Positions 36,044 through 49,039 of a DNA stretch of 64,000 nt are shown here, piece after piece. Positions within the stretch are counted from its first letter, which is position 1; every line of letters begins with the position of its first letter. Under the pieces are notes generated by a model. It did not search any database. It was not told the DNA's origin and saw only the letters and a program-made list of their open reading frames with translations. Both the position numbers and the translations under genes were made by a program. The stretch is from Selaginella moellendorffii. Its lineage: Eukaryota > Plantae > Lycopodiophyta. Where the stretch lies: positions 110,620 through 174,619 of the forward strand of contig NW_003314430.1 in NCBI RefSeq assembly GCF_000143415.4. Reading direction: 5' to 3'.

Positions 36044-37266
36044 ATGAAGAACAAGCGCAAGGGCAAGGAGATAGCGAGCGATCCTAGCGACGAGGACGAC
36101 GATCACGACGCGTCACATAGCAGCGACGACGAAGAATCTGAGTCAGACGAGGTAGATCCATCGTGTTTCTTGTGCTGTGCTTGAGAGATTTCGCCACAGA
36201 ATTCCACTGTGAATGTGGACTTCGAATTCTTTGATCCAAAGCCGGAGGATTATCACGGCGTGAAGCTGCTGCTCCAGAACTATCTCGACGATTGTGAGTG
36301 GGACCTTGCGGGATTCGTGAATTTGATCCTCGGCCAGACGAGAGTGGGGACTATTGTCAAAGCCGGTGGAGACGATCCAATTGGTCTTATCACAGCTCTT
36401 AACATTAGGAGATACAAGGTAAGGGATTTTTCACTCGCATTTCTTCTCCAGGAACTTTGGTTTTCAGCGGACTCGTTCTCTTGCCTCTTTGTTGCAGGAG
36501 CTTCCATCGATTCAAGCCATCCGAGACTTCCTTGTGAAGCGTGCCAAGAACAGTCCAGAGCTTTCCAAGCTCCAAGCTTTGTGGCAAAGCGATAAAAACG
36601 TTGGACTGCTTGTCAGCCAGCGCCTCATGAACGTCCCTCTGGAGCTCTGTCCGCCTCTACACGATGCCATCTTCGATGAAATCGCATGGGCCACCGAAGA
36701 CGAGGTATAAAACCTTCTAAAAGAACTGAAAGAAGCTTTTTTTTTGGAACAGCCTTCTGTGGAACTAAGGGAGAGCTTCAAGTTCCAGCAATACCTCATT
36801 CAAACTCGGGTCTATAAGGAGGTTCGTACTCACGACACTCTTAAGAAAAAAAAGAAGGCAAGTTATAATCGCGAGTTCCAGAAGGCTGATTGTCCCTTTT
36901 CTTTTCTTTCTGTTTTGGCAGAAAGTTCCGAAGAAACAACCAGTAAACGAAGATGGTAACTTTATATTTATTAAGCCTGAAGACGAGCTATTTTTCCAGG
37001 TAACACTAACACTGTCCTTTGCTCGTTACGTTGGATTCACTAGCAGTTCTGTTTCAGTTAAGCTCGTGGCACTTTACCTTTCCAGTCCAGGCCGAAACTA
37101 TGTTAGCCCATCAGGTTCGAACTTTTTTTCGCCTTTTGATCTTTTCCAAGTGTTGTTCTATGATGTTGACCAGACCAAAGGGTTGCAGCTCCTGGGATTG
37201 GTAATGGCTGTCAGTGCAAAGCAAATCAAGGCCTTCAGATCCAAGCTAAAAGGATTGGTCTGTTGA
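36044..37266 (+). CDS. BCCIP: BCCIP/Bcp1 homolog (uL14 chaperone; multi-exon)
   Basis: Acidic N-terminus; VNVDFEFFDPKPEDYHGVKLLLQNYL, LILGQTRVGTIVK, VGLLVSQRLMNVP, EIAWATEDE, IKPEDELF. Confidence 0.9.
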
Positions 37267-37899
37267 GTTAGAGCAGCAAACTTCGAGCTCATCCAAGCTA
37301 TAAAGCCGTCGAATTTGAAATCACGTGTGGATCGAAGTCCGTATAAGAGAAAGGAAACACTTAAAACAGTCAAGTAAATGTTCTGTAACTCAAAGAACTG
37401 GATGGGAAATTGTCTGTTTACCATATCCCGATGAAAAGTTTTTGCAAGGTTGGGCTGGAGGTATGAAGTATTATTCATATGAAAAAAGACCATGTGGTGT
37501 GGTGTTGGTAGAATTCCATGCGTGAAGTTGAATATTCCAATATTTATTTATTTATTCCATGCGGATCATGTAATTTGTAAAGCGTTACCTCCCAAAGTTG
37601 GGTTGCTCACGAGGCCTTCAGGAATTTCTTGGACATATTCAAGCATTGAAGCTAATCTATGCAGACCCAAACGAGCTGCCACGTCATCAGTACCCCGCCT
37701 GATGACGTGGCAAGGTTAGCTTTGTGTGACCTCAAAGTCTGATTTGTGAGGCATAGTAAGTGAGCTAGACAAAAAAGCTGTTTACTTCTTTGTTTTGCAT
37801 GAGATGAAACTGACTGTGGCTGGTGCTGTGCCAAGCTAGCATTTTCCTTGAGACATGGCAAGTAATGAGGCAAATGTGGCTGAGGACGAAGCAAGATAG

Positions 37900-39450
37900 T
37901 AAGGGACATCACAGATAGTTGTCATGAGAAGAAAATTGAGGAAGTATCTTCTTCAGCCAGATTGAAGTATCCTACTTACCAACTAGGAGAGGAATTTGAA
38001 ATTTACCTGGATGTATTTGAGTGTGCTGCATATAATAATCAAGTGGCTGGAGATGAGAAGGTTAATGCCTTTTGTATGGCTCTATTGAGAGGGGCATAGA
38101 GAGGGGCATAGAGAATGTTCATTTCACGCTGAGAAGATCAGATCTCGTGAGATGAAGCAGTGCAGTTGGCAAGGTGTCTATTTATTATTGGTAATCTTGA
38201 GGATCAAGCTTTTGAGATTATTAACAATAAAAAATATCAGAGAGGAGAGACTGTGCAGCAGTATTTGGTGACACTCCAGCAAGTAGTCATGTATATCTCG
38301 AATGATAATCATAAAGCAGCAAAGCATGCTTTTTATCCTGGTGTTCCTGAGAAATTGCAAAAATGGGTTCAGTCCTGAAGCTTTGAAGAAATCTTGTTAG
38401 AAATTTGTTAAAAAATGTGTGAAATTTCTGTTGTGTTGTGTGAGGACACACAAATTTTAAAGGGGAAAGACCGCTACAACAACAAGAGGTTCTTGAGAAA
38501 AGGGGGTTTTTGATGGGCCGGAGGAAGTGGAGGCTGGGGTTTAGAGTAGGGGCCAGTGCTCTGCATGTGCAGGGACACTCACTGGAGGTTAAATTCTTGA
38601 ATTGTCAACTTTGTTTCAGTTAGGAGTCATTTCTGTCTGTGGTCCATTTTTAGGTGGAGGCAAGGGGCATGGCTCTTCAGCTATCAAGGATGCTAGGGGC
38701 CTACTTTTCATGCTAATCATCTTTCTCCTGATAAATTGATAGATTGTTTAAGGTAGTGAGCCTAGAAAATTTTAAGCTTAGAAGATTTCTGTTGTGATGC
38801 TCATAAATCTTTGAGATTGTGAGATGAAAATTGTGTAAGTTGGGCTAGCATGATAAATTTGTGGATAAAGAGCTTGTGATGTGATGCTCACAGGTTGTGA
38901 GTTGGATAATTGTGTAACCTGGGTTAGCATGACAAAATTATGTGTGATGTATCACTCAATAGATCTTTTAAGATAGTTGAGAATTAAAAGAGCTAAGCTA
39001 GCATGACAAACTCATGGTCTAAAAGCTTGATCTTTGTGAGATGTGAGTTGGCTTAATCCTAGATAGAGAATTATGATTGTGGAGTGATTATGATGTTGCA
39101 ATGAGCTATGATGGTTGAGTGTGCCGAACACCTCGTGCATGTAAAGATTTTTGTGATTAGTGCAATTTTCAGTGAGGCTAAGATGGAGGGATATGATGCT
39201 AGAATAAAAGATAAGTCTTTTGTGTGAGGTCACACAATTTTAAAGAGGGGAGTAATTGCTACAGGTGGGTTATTGTAGCCTTTGTACTCAGGACTTGACC
39301 AATTAGGTTAAGCAGGATTGAGCAACAGGAAGGAGATGAAATGGCAGGGAGCCCAGGTGGAAGAGGTTCTTGAGAAACAGGGAGGACTAGGAACAAGTAG
39401 TGGAGGTGGGGTTTGAGAGTGGGGGCTGGTGCTCTGGATGTCCATGCTTA
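37900..39450 (+). mobile_element. Degenerate retrotransposon gag-like relic with internal direct duplication
   Basis: Broken frame YQLGEEFEIYLDVFE..., YQRGETVQQYL; 38440-38570 is repeated at 39225-39440 (CACACAATTTTAA...AAGAGGTTCTTGAGAAA...GTGCTCTG). Confidence 0.5.
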
Positions 39451-39879
39451 ATTTGAGACTAGCATGCAAGTGCATGGCATTATCAAGTTTATCTTTGATC
39501 CCAAGGTCCTCAGCATGATTGGGTGAATCTTCATACTATCCAACTTGGAAGAGGACTGAAGAGTTCAACAAATGGTTATATGAGATTGGACTTTATGAGC
39601 TTCCAAAAATTATAGATAAGCCATATGATCTCAACATCACGAAAAAGGTTCTCTCGGCATATTAGGAAGACTTTGTCTACACAAGTTTTTCATACATGCC
39701 AAATATTTTGTGTGAGCTTTTAAGCTCCCCACTGATGGAGAGTGAGTGATATTAATCTTATACATGAAGGGGATTTCACCAAAATGCATCAAAGTTCTTG
39801 AGAATTACAACAACAGAAACTCAAAAAAAAAAGTAATTTAATACACTCTTTTCATGCCTTTTCGGACTTAAATTAACTA

Positions 39880-40280
39880 AACTTCACATTCACATTACTT
39901 TTATTTCAGCTTTAGAAAAGTTTATGAGAGAACATGACAATAACTATTTAAACTAATAGACTAATCCCTACAATCTTGATTAATCCATTCATAATCATAT
40001 TCAAAATCCTTTGTCCCTAATACTTTATTTTTGGACTCAACTTGATTAAACCTTAAATTTGCATTCACACTACCTTCAATTTAGCATTAGAAAAATTTAT
40101 GAGAGAACATAGCAATAACTATTTGAACCAATAGATTAATTTTTATAGTCCTGATTAATCTACTTATAATTATAATACTTTATTTTTGGATTCAACTTGA
40201 CTAAATCTCAACCTTATGTTCTCAATACCTTCAATTCAGCTTTAAAAAAGTTTATGAGAAAACATAGCAATAATGTAGTA
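39880..40280 (+). repeat. Degenerate tandem repeat (~160-180 bp period, about 2.5 copies)
   Basis: TTTATGAGA(G/A)AACAT(GA/AG)CAATAA recurs near 39920, 40096 and 40251. Confidence 0.7.
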
Positions 40281-40636
40281 TATATGGTTTTCACCCTTTA
40301 CCTTATGGTGATTTACCATAGGATTACCATTGACACATGGATTAAACACTTTGTTTACACTCCACATGCCACATGTCACATATAATAATATGAAGCTAAA
40401 AAGTGAAGGAATATGAGCATGGAGCAACTCTTAAATGTACAACCCAAGGGGTGAAAGGATAAGAGTATAGATCAACTCTTAAGCGTACAACTTAAGTAGT
40501 GAAGGGACAAAAACACGAAGCAACTTAGAACATTTTTATAACATTCAACATCCCAATGTTTAAACCAACATATAGAATAGAGCTAAATAAAATCTAGTGT
40601 TATTTTAGCATACCGATGACGATATAAATACTCCAC

Positions 40637-40738
40637 NNNNNNNNNNNNNNNNNNNNNNNNNNNNNNNNNNNNNNNNNNNNNNNNNNNNNNNNNNNNNNNN
40701 NNNNNNNNNNNNNNNNNNNNNNNNNNNNNNNNNNNNNN
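40637..40738. other. Assembly gap (N run)
   Basis: Run of n characters. Confidence 1.
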
Positions 40739-43145
40739 ATGGGGTATGATAAAGAGGGTGTCTTGACGGACATAATAAGCTATCACTTAATAAGTATTGA
40801 GGGACCAAGCTCAATATTGCAAAGGTTCTTGTCAAGCCATACAGGATAAAGCAAAAAAGAATTAACAAACTAGGCTAAATATGCTTGGATAAATAGATAC
40901 TTTAGAATTCCTTCCTTATGCTTGTTTAGCCAAGTATAGATGTTAAATTAAGTTTACTAACATTTGAACAAGAGGGTCCAACAATACTGACGTCTTACTA
41001 CCATAGTAGTAAAAGAAGAATATCTAAAAGGACTCATTGACATATAATTTTTGATACCCAAAGTCACGTTCATGACATTGTCCCCCCTTTAGGGAAGATT
41101 GATGTCCTCATCGATGCATACTCTAATTTAGACCATCGACAAAGAAAGAACTCTAGAAAAAATTTATGGTGTTCACATTTTGTAAGAAATGTATGAACTT
41201 AAATGAATTAGGGGGTAATTTCTCTGTCTAACACAAATGTGTTACAATTTAAACACCTTTTGGCTATCACTAACAAAGAAATAACCAATAGAATTAACCA
41301 CCCTTGCTATTTTAGGTGTCACCTAGTTTATAAAATATTATATACCCCTACTTGTATATGATATAGAAAGAGAAGCTAGAGGCTCCAACCCTTTTGAGAA
41401 CATAAACTAAACCTATCGGTAAGATTTAGATAAACTACTGTAAACAGGTAGTTAGAGTTGTTTAGACAATTATGCCCTTTTAACAGAATTAGGAACATTG
41501 AGAGAAAGATATATTATACGATCAATTAACAATAGTTATCCCATGACTAAAGATTTCATCATGCATACAAAGTGCTAAAGTCAGTTTACCTTTACTAACC
41601 TAAACTCAAAAATTAATAGATGGATAATATCAAAGTCATAGACAAAGATATTTTTCTAAATCAATTACTTTACATAGTATGCCCTATTATGATGGAAGCT
41701 CTAGCATTGGCATTCTCTTAGTTGTGATATGCTCCAACATAGGCAAGCACATAGGCAACAAGATTGAAGGTGTGTATTGCTCCCTCATTTCTATCATTTT
41801 TTCTTGTTCCTTGATATTTTTCTCATATGGGTAGACTCCTGCTGCAACAGCAGACAAGAAAGTAGAGGATTTCCTAGCACTACCCTCATAGCTCGAGGCA
41901 GTGATTGCCAACAGTGACACTGTTCCCAAGTATGATGCACTTATACTCGAAAAGGATGACAAGCATGACTTGCAAAAGGTAATTCCAAATATAGCTAATC
42001 TTCTCTTGTAGCCTGTTACTCCAATTGAGCTGGAGGATTTGTCCCCCTCATAGCTCAAGGCAGTTATTGCTAGTAATCACACGGTAGCATCAAGTGTTCC
42101 TAAGTATGATCCACCACCATTATCTGTACTTGAGGATGACAACCACGATTCCCAAGAGGTAACTTGAGAGCTTAGATAGTTTGTCTAGAACTACACCAAC
42201 CTTCTCTTACAGCTAGAGGCAGTCATGGTTGGCACTATGGATTCAGTTTGGTATACTTCTCTCGGTGGCAAGATACTAGCAATTGACAATGATGACAATC
42301 TGAGATGTGAGGATATCTAGAGCTTCTTTTAGACTTGGACATTCCTATCAGTGTAGCTACCATCTAGAGCCGAAAAACTCCAATAAGGGAAATTCATAAT
42401 CAAGCTCATCTAGATCTTCTTGTGTTGTCATCATACCTCCTTGGTGACAAAGGTTACCTATGTTGTTTATGGATCATAATGTCATTTTTGACGATCAGTA
42501 AATCTTAATGCAACCAAGTGTTTTTAGAACAAAGAGCTCTTAAGAGCAAGGTAGGTAGTGGAATATAGATTTGGCTTGCTTAAAAGTATGTCTTATATCT
42601 TTTAGCTTCATTTTAGTTTTCTCTATTATTTTTAATTTTTTTTCTTTTCATTTCTACAAGAAAGTTTCAAATCTTGGAACATAAGTTGAGAATGCAGTTT
42701 AACATTGCTCTAGATGTTGTCTACACTTACTACATTCTACATAATTTTTTAATTGATGCAGTTGACATTAATATCATGGAATAGAGGTGAGATCTAAAGC
42801 TAGATGTTGTGAATGTGATTATGGGTATCAAAAATTATTTATTAACGAGTCCTTTTTGATATTCTTCTTTTATTGTTATAACGGCAAAAGGTTGATATTG
42901 CTAAAGTGTTAATACAATATAGGTATTTGATGATATAGTCTTTACAATTATTCTAAAGAGAGAGCTTACAAAAGAAAAGTTTATAAACATATTAGTTTCT
43001 GAAAGAGAAAAATATAATGATGTTTGTGCAATTCTCTTTGCTATGCCTAGGAAAAACTATAAGAACAAAACCCAATCTAAGAAATGAATGATAACATATT
43101 TTAGCATCTCTTAAACCTAACACCCCAATGTAAGCTCTTGAGTTT

Positions 43146-43200
43146 GGACTTTCCGGGAGGTCACCCAACCTAGTATTATTCAAACCCAAAAACACTTAAC
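43146..43200 (-). repeat. 5S rRNA-derived segment (internal control region) inside a dispersed repeat
   Basis: Plus strand GGACTTTCCGGGAGGTCACCCAACCTAGTATTATTCAAACCCAAAAACACTTAAC aligns without gaps to the reverse complement of plant 5S rRNA as recalled (GGACTTCCCAGGAGGTCACCCATCCTAGTACTACTCTCGCCCAAGCACGCTTAAC), 44 of 55 identical by eye. Confidence 0.8.
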
Positions 43201-45429
43201 CCCAAATATCCCAAGACCTTTAACCGATTGGAAAAGGGGGTGCACTCATATTCATGAGCCCTTTCCTTCTATATTTGAACCCCATGGATTGTCTCTTAAG
43301 TCGTTCTCTTTGGTTGCTTACACCCAAGCACTCAACCACTCAATTGAGCATAACAAGTCTTCTTTATTTTATTTGGCCTCTACTTAGTGAAAAACCATCC
43401 TTTGAAAGAGTATAACAACAATAGTTAACATAAATTGTTTACTCACTCAAAATGTTCTTATATATGATGTTATTAACTAAGTAAAATCCACTATAATTGA
43501 TTTTAAAACAAACTTAGATTTTTTATGCCATACCAACTATTAGTTGTTTAAATGACATTGCATTCATACATCTTATTAAAGTTTTTATTATTCAAAATTT
43601 TATAAAATATTGTAGAAGGTTATAATGTGTTTCCTTTTTATTTCATTTTGGTGAACGATCACACTTACCATCATCAATATAGTGTGCATCTTTTACCTTA
43701 TAGTGATTTAATATAAAATAACCATGAAGTGGAATTTTAACCTATAGTAGAGTGAAACTTGGGCCTTAAGCCATTAAATAAAAGAACAGAACTAAACTCC
43801 CTAAGGAACGAAGGAATTAGAGCACAAAATAGCTTCTAAGTGTATAGCTAAGGAGTAAAGAAACATAGATATTTAATATCACAATGCTAAAATTAGCACA
43901 TAAAATGAAACCAAATAAAGCTTGGCACAATTTTAGCATATTGGTGGCCTAATGCGAAGATATAAGTACTCCACCAGTTAGTGTGGTATAGAGCTTTGGA
44001 TAAACTCAAGTTAAACATAAAACAAGAATAAGAATATAAACATGGAACTAAACTATGCCGCAAGTTAGTCGGCTATGCTTGACCTATTTACTATCCTTAC
44101 CATATATTTAGAACCCCTCTGGGATAATCATGAAAACTTATTGATAGATTGTATAATCCACACTATTGTGTTAGGACAATCTCTACATTTTATAAATATG
44201 CCTCATTAGCAAATTTAGACATTTTCTATAAATAACCATTAGGACCAAATAGGACCAACACATTAAGAATGATAGTGAGGGTGTCTTGGTGGATATGGTA
44301 AAATATTATATAGTTAGTATTGAGGGACTAAGCTTAATATTGTAAAAGTTCCCAACATTAGCAAGTGTAAGTAACAATATAAGTTTCTCGTCACTATGTC
44401 AAGTATGTTAATTTAGGATTTGCATACGTGCTAATTTGTTCCAAGAAAATAAACTAAATATTTCATTAAAGTTTAAATAAACTATTGTAAACAGACAATT
44501 AAAGTTGTTTACATACCCTTTTAAAATAGAATTAAGAACATCAAAGGATAGGTATACAAGAAAACTCTAGTCTTTTAATTACCTTAAGCTAATTTAGGCA
44601 CTAATCTTAAATATTCAGTCTTGAATTATGTCTTGAATTCAAATTTTACGAGCAAAGGTTTGAGGTTCAAATCTTATAATGGATAATGATGGCAAAATAT
44701 ACTTCAACAAATACACTTTGAGTGTATAAAATATTTCATTTCTTATTTATTCTTACTGACATATGGGTGTCCTCATCTATGAGTAAGTGTCATCATTAAT
44801 AATAGAGTACAAAGAGTAGCATAAAAGAAATCAAACAACATACTAAGTATTTAATTAATAAAAGAGCAATGCTAGTATTAATATTAACAATATTCAGTTG
44901 AAGCCAAAGTTATTTCTATAGCTCATTTATTAAGTTATAAATAATTTAAACTAAGCACCTAATCAAATATTCTCTCTGACAAAAAAAATGATTTAGAAAC
45001 TTTTTGTTGCGCTATCAATCTCTCTATCAGGTTCTTTTAAATTTTACTAATGCAATTTATTAATACTATGGTATTATTATTAAGCTTTTAATAGCATATA
45101 CTATTTAGTATACACATTCAAGCCAAGTGTTACTTCAATACAATATGTAGCAACTTATTTTTCCTCAAGAGGGCTAGCTTTAATATTGGTATGAAGCATT
45201 GAATATTCTATTAATTAGCAATAGTAGTGATATTAAGAACAAGTGTATTTCTGAAGGAAAAAATATTTAAACATTATATTAGTTTTATTATAATAAAATA
45301 ATAATATTATTAAGATATTTAGTAGCTTAATATAAGAGTTTATCCTATGTTTAACACTGGGCTTGATAAGATAAATTTGTTTTAGTATAAAACTGAATTA
45401 TTAATGAGATTTCTATAAAATTAATACTA

Positions 45430-45928
45430 ATGACAATTCATATACACTACATTCTATTCATGTTTTTGTATTCATATTTTATCATATTTGTATACAGCAG
45501 TAAGGTAAGAGTTTGAATACTTAAGTCCAGTTAATGTGCATAATCTAACTTAAGAAAATCTTAACTAGTGTGATTATACACTTAGGGTAAAAACTGGATG
45601 TTTAGACAGAGCAGGAACTGATGCTAATATTGATATTTTTTTTTCCTCTCTTGAAGGGCGTATGTTACCATTTTATAATATAGATAACAAAGATGATAAT
45701 TTTGAGAAATGCAAGCTTGACACATTTAATGTTCAGGGAGATTGTTTACCTAATGAAGATAAGATATGTAGAATGATTATACAACGGGATAATGCTGGTC
45801 GATATCAAGATTGGTATATTGAGTGGATACAAATTACAGGAGCAAGAGATAGCCCTCAAACATTTTATGTGAATGCTTGGCTTGATAATGATAACCGGAG
45901 TAAAGAAATTGATTTATGCAATGGATAA
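45430..45928 (+). CDS. Small secreted PLAT/LH2-domain protein (intron 45505-45568)
   Basis: 25-codon hydrophobic exon 1 ends AAG|GTAAG; exon 2 in frame: CDYTLRVKTGCLDRAGTDANI, FEKCKLDTF, ICRMIIQRDNAG, WYIEWIQIT, FYVNAWLD. Confidence 0.85.
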
Positions 45929-48198
45929 TAATATTTTGGTATAATTAAAAAAGAGTAAAGATATACTGGAGGTAGAATAAATAAATAATCTTATAAAAAT
46001 AGTTATTCATTTTAATCTGGTTTATGATATGATATAAAATGATATGACACAATAAAATGATCCTAATTAGTTTATTTAGTCTTATAAATCTTCTTTGACA
46101 TCAAAGCTCTAGTTGTCTTTATATAATGAATATGGAAAGTAATTTCTTTAGTATATATATTCTATGTAAGTATATTCTAAGATAAATATAAAATTCATTT
46201 ACACAATCATGAATTATCCAACAACATTCAATAGTAAGTATACCAACAAAAAAATCTCAATTATAAACTTAACTGCTAAAGATTTTAGATAGCATGCTAG
46301 AAAAATTATAAAAGACAACTCAAAAAGTAAAAAAATATCATCAACTAACAAGCAAAAAACTCATGAATGTATCATTCAAAGAAAATTAAATCACATCCCA
46401 ATCTATCAAAACCAATATTAGTAATAATTAACAAAACAAAATGAATGCTACAAGGCTAACAAACACTTGTTCATGTTAGTTATTGCACTAATTAGTCAAA
46501 TTAAATTATAATTAATAATACTAAAGAATTAGAGTTGCTCAAGCAAGTGTTAATAACACTTTATAGATATCTCAAACCCAAGAAACCAATATAAGCAAAT
46601 CACAAAAAATGTGGTAATGCAAAAAGCCAAAAACTATTAAGATAACAATTCACCATCACAAAAGACTATCAATCATCTTATTAATAGAGATGCAAAATCA
46701 TTATCAAAGAAGAATCTACATCCCAAAGAATGACAAATTATCCATCATCAACAATAATCAAGCAGAAATTTTAACAAAAATAATCAACTATCCTAGATGA
46801 CAATCAATTATTACTATTAACTGTTAGATGTGAGAACTAATTGAAACACTTAAGCATTGAATATCATATCCATATACTTGCTAACTATTGCAAAATACCA
46901 ATAAATACCCAAGACTTCAAAATTACCAAGAATTTTATCTAATATGACCCTAAATTACATAAGATAAATAACTATGGCTATGGAAACTTTCAACCTTTTA
47001 GAAACTTTATTTGTTAGATCTCTTTTCCTTTCTTGAATATCTGGAGTAAGCTAAGACCACATATTAAACTATTAAGTTTGGACTTCTTAAAGTATTATAA
47101 AATCTTTAATTGATTAGAAAATTTGAAAAAAGAGGTGTATTTTTTTCATAGATCCTTTCCTTTTATATTTAAACTTATACAAATCATCTTTTGAATTATT
47201 CTCTTTGGTTGTTTAAACACACTTGTAAACCATAAAAACCTTCAATACAATAGTGCTGTCAAGAGTTCCAGCCCAGCTTGAGCTTAGTAGCTCAGGTGCC
47301 TCAGGTGCTTGAGCTTAAGTTTTGGGTTCTTAATCCGAATAAATTGTAAAAAGAATTCTAGCAAAAATTTCATTATGGAATTTTTAATTATCTTGAACAT
47401 GAATTCCACTTTAAATTTTGATTAAATTTTTAATCAAATTTAGGTCTATATGCCTGGGAGCAATAGCCCTTCAAAGCCAGAATCCCAAAAGCATGAACTT
47501 GTGGAAGAGAGGAACTTACTTAGCAGGAGACCAAAGCAAGCTTACAACTTCGTCTGATGCCTCCACCAAGAACATGTAGGACTATTAATATGAATTGCAT
47601 AATAGGTGTTTGTAACACCCTTTCTCTCATCATTATTCTTTCAATGGGCTTGTTAGAATTATATTTTGATAGCACTTGACTCCAAAGTTGCAGTCAGCAA
47701 CCAATATACTGCTCTTGCCAGCAGTGCATGTCAAGCCCCAATCAGGCTTCTTGGAGAGAGCAATGAAAAATGCTAAACAAAAAGTTTTATTTTATTTTAG
47801 AGAACGAGATTGTCTTGGTCAAGTTCTTTCATAACCGTCATACTGAGATCAAGGTGGTACAAGATTGTACCCGCGTTTTAAGAAGCGCTACAGCTCGTGG
47901 CATAGTGATATTTGGAAGCGTCCAATGTTTGATGAAATGCCACAGAAGAAAGAACCAAGGGGAGATATTCTTGATTTTGGGTCACTTATGCTTTTAGGAT
48001 CGCATGAGGACATAGCGGTTTGCAATAGCTCTTGGGCTTCTTCCAGGCAGCAGGCGAGGCTCACTAGGCGTAGACGAGGCAGAGAAATCGTGAGAGGATC
48101 TTGGAGCGCGGCAACCAAGATGAAGACAAGGTGTGCTAACATAGTCACCTTTTCCTGGCGTTTTGAGTTCAAACGATTAAGGTTAGGGCTAGACAGAA

Positions 48199-48987
48199 AT
48201 GGGAAGCGTGGTGATGTGGGAGGCAGCGAGTCACAGGGGACAGCGAGCATACCAGGAGGACAGGTTGTTGGCGATCCCAGGAAAGGTGGGACTGTTTGCG
48301 GTCTTTGATGGCCACCGCGGATCACAAGCAAGCGATTTTGCAGCGACCTGGTTTTACGAAAGATTCAACTATCACTTGAACCAAAGCAACGACAACACCC
48401 AATTGCAATTGCAGCTGATGGCCGCTCTGTCCTCTGCAGTCTCAGAACTGGAGGCTGCCTTCATTAAGGAATCGGAAAAGCATGGAATTGTCGCCGGTAC
48501 CACAGCTTGTGTTGCAGCTGTCACCAGCCACACCCTTGTGGTGTTGAACCTTGGAGACTCGAGGGCTATCCTTTGTGGTATGGAGCCTGCGGATTGTGTA
48601 AGGCTGACGCGTGACCATCATCCGTACTGGGAGGACGAGAGGAACCGGATCCAGGAAGCTGGTGGAAGCATTCACAGCAACGGGAAGCTGTTTGGTGAGT
48701 TTGAGGTGTCGAGGGCTATAGGTGATCGTGATCTCAAGGCGTTTGGAATGAGCGCAGTGCCGGAACTCACAGTATATGACCTGAGGCAACACTGGCCAAG
48801 ACCTCTTTACCTTTTGGTTGGATCTGATGGGATTTTCGAAAAGCTGAGATTTCAAGGTGTCTGTGAAGTCGTTGGCAATGCAATTAGGAATGGAGCATGC
48901 GAGGGGATTCCTTCGAAAGTGATAGACACAGCACTTCAGGCTGGGACAAAGGATAATCTCACTCTTGTAGCTGTCAAATTAATATGA
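48199..48987 (+). CDS. Protein phosphatase 2C, intronless
   Basis: GQRAYQEDR, FAVFDGH, NLGDSRA, LTRDHHP, VSRAIGD, GSDGIF, KDNLT: all metal-binding motifs present. Confidence 0.88.
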   Translation: MGSVVMWEAASHRGQRAYQEDRLLAIPGKVGLFAVFDGHRGSQASDFAATWFYERFNYHLNQSNDNTQLQLQLMAALSSAVSELEAAFIKESEKHGIVAGTTACVAAVTSHTLVVLNLGDSRAILCGMEPADCVRLTRDHHPYWEDERNRIQEAGGSIHSNGKLFGEFEVSRAIGDRDLKAFGMSAVPELTVYDLRQHWPRPLYLLVGSDGIFEKLRFQGVCEVVGNAIRNGACEGIPSKVIDTALQAGTKDNLTLVAVKLI

Positions 48988-49039
48988 ATTCTAACGATCA
49001 TCGATTGCATCTGACTAAATTTCTGTTTCTGGTGGCAAT

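Larger units (their letters stand above)
40280..44560. mobile_element. Nested AT-rich LTR-retrotransposon relics (includes the assembly gap)
   Basis: PPT-like AAAGGGGGGACA then TGTCATG on the minus strand at ~41090-41070; inverted homologous LTR-start blocks at 41010-41077 and 42803-42875; duplicated blocks 41430-41520 and 44478-44555; ~165-bp tandem units at 41885-42170. Confidence 0.55.

Noticed and set aside
47865-48190. ORF containing FDEMPQ upstream of PP2C
   Set aside because: Only one PPR-like word; too degraded to annotate as a feature.
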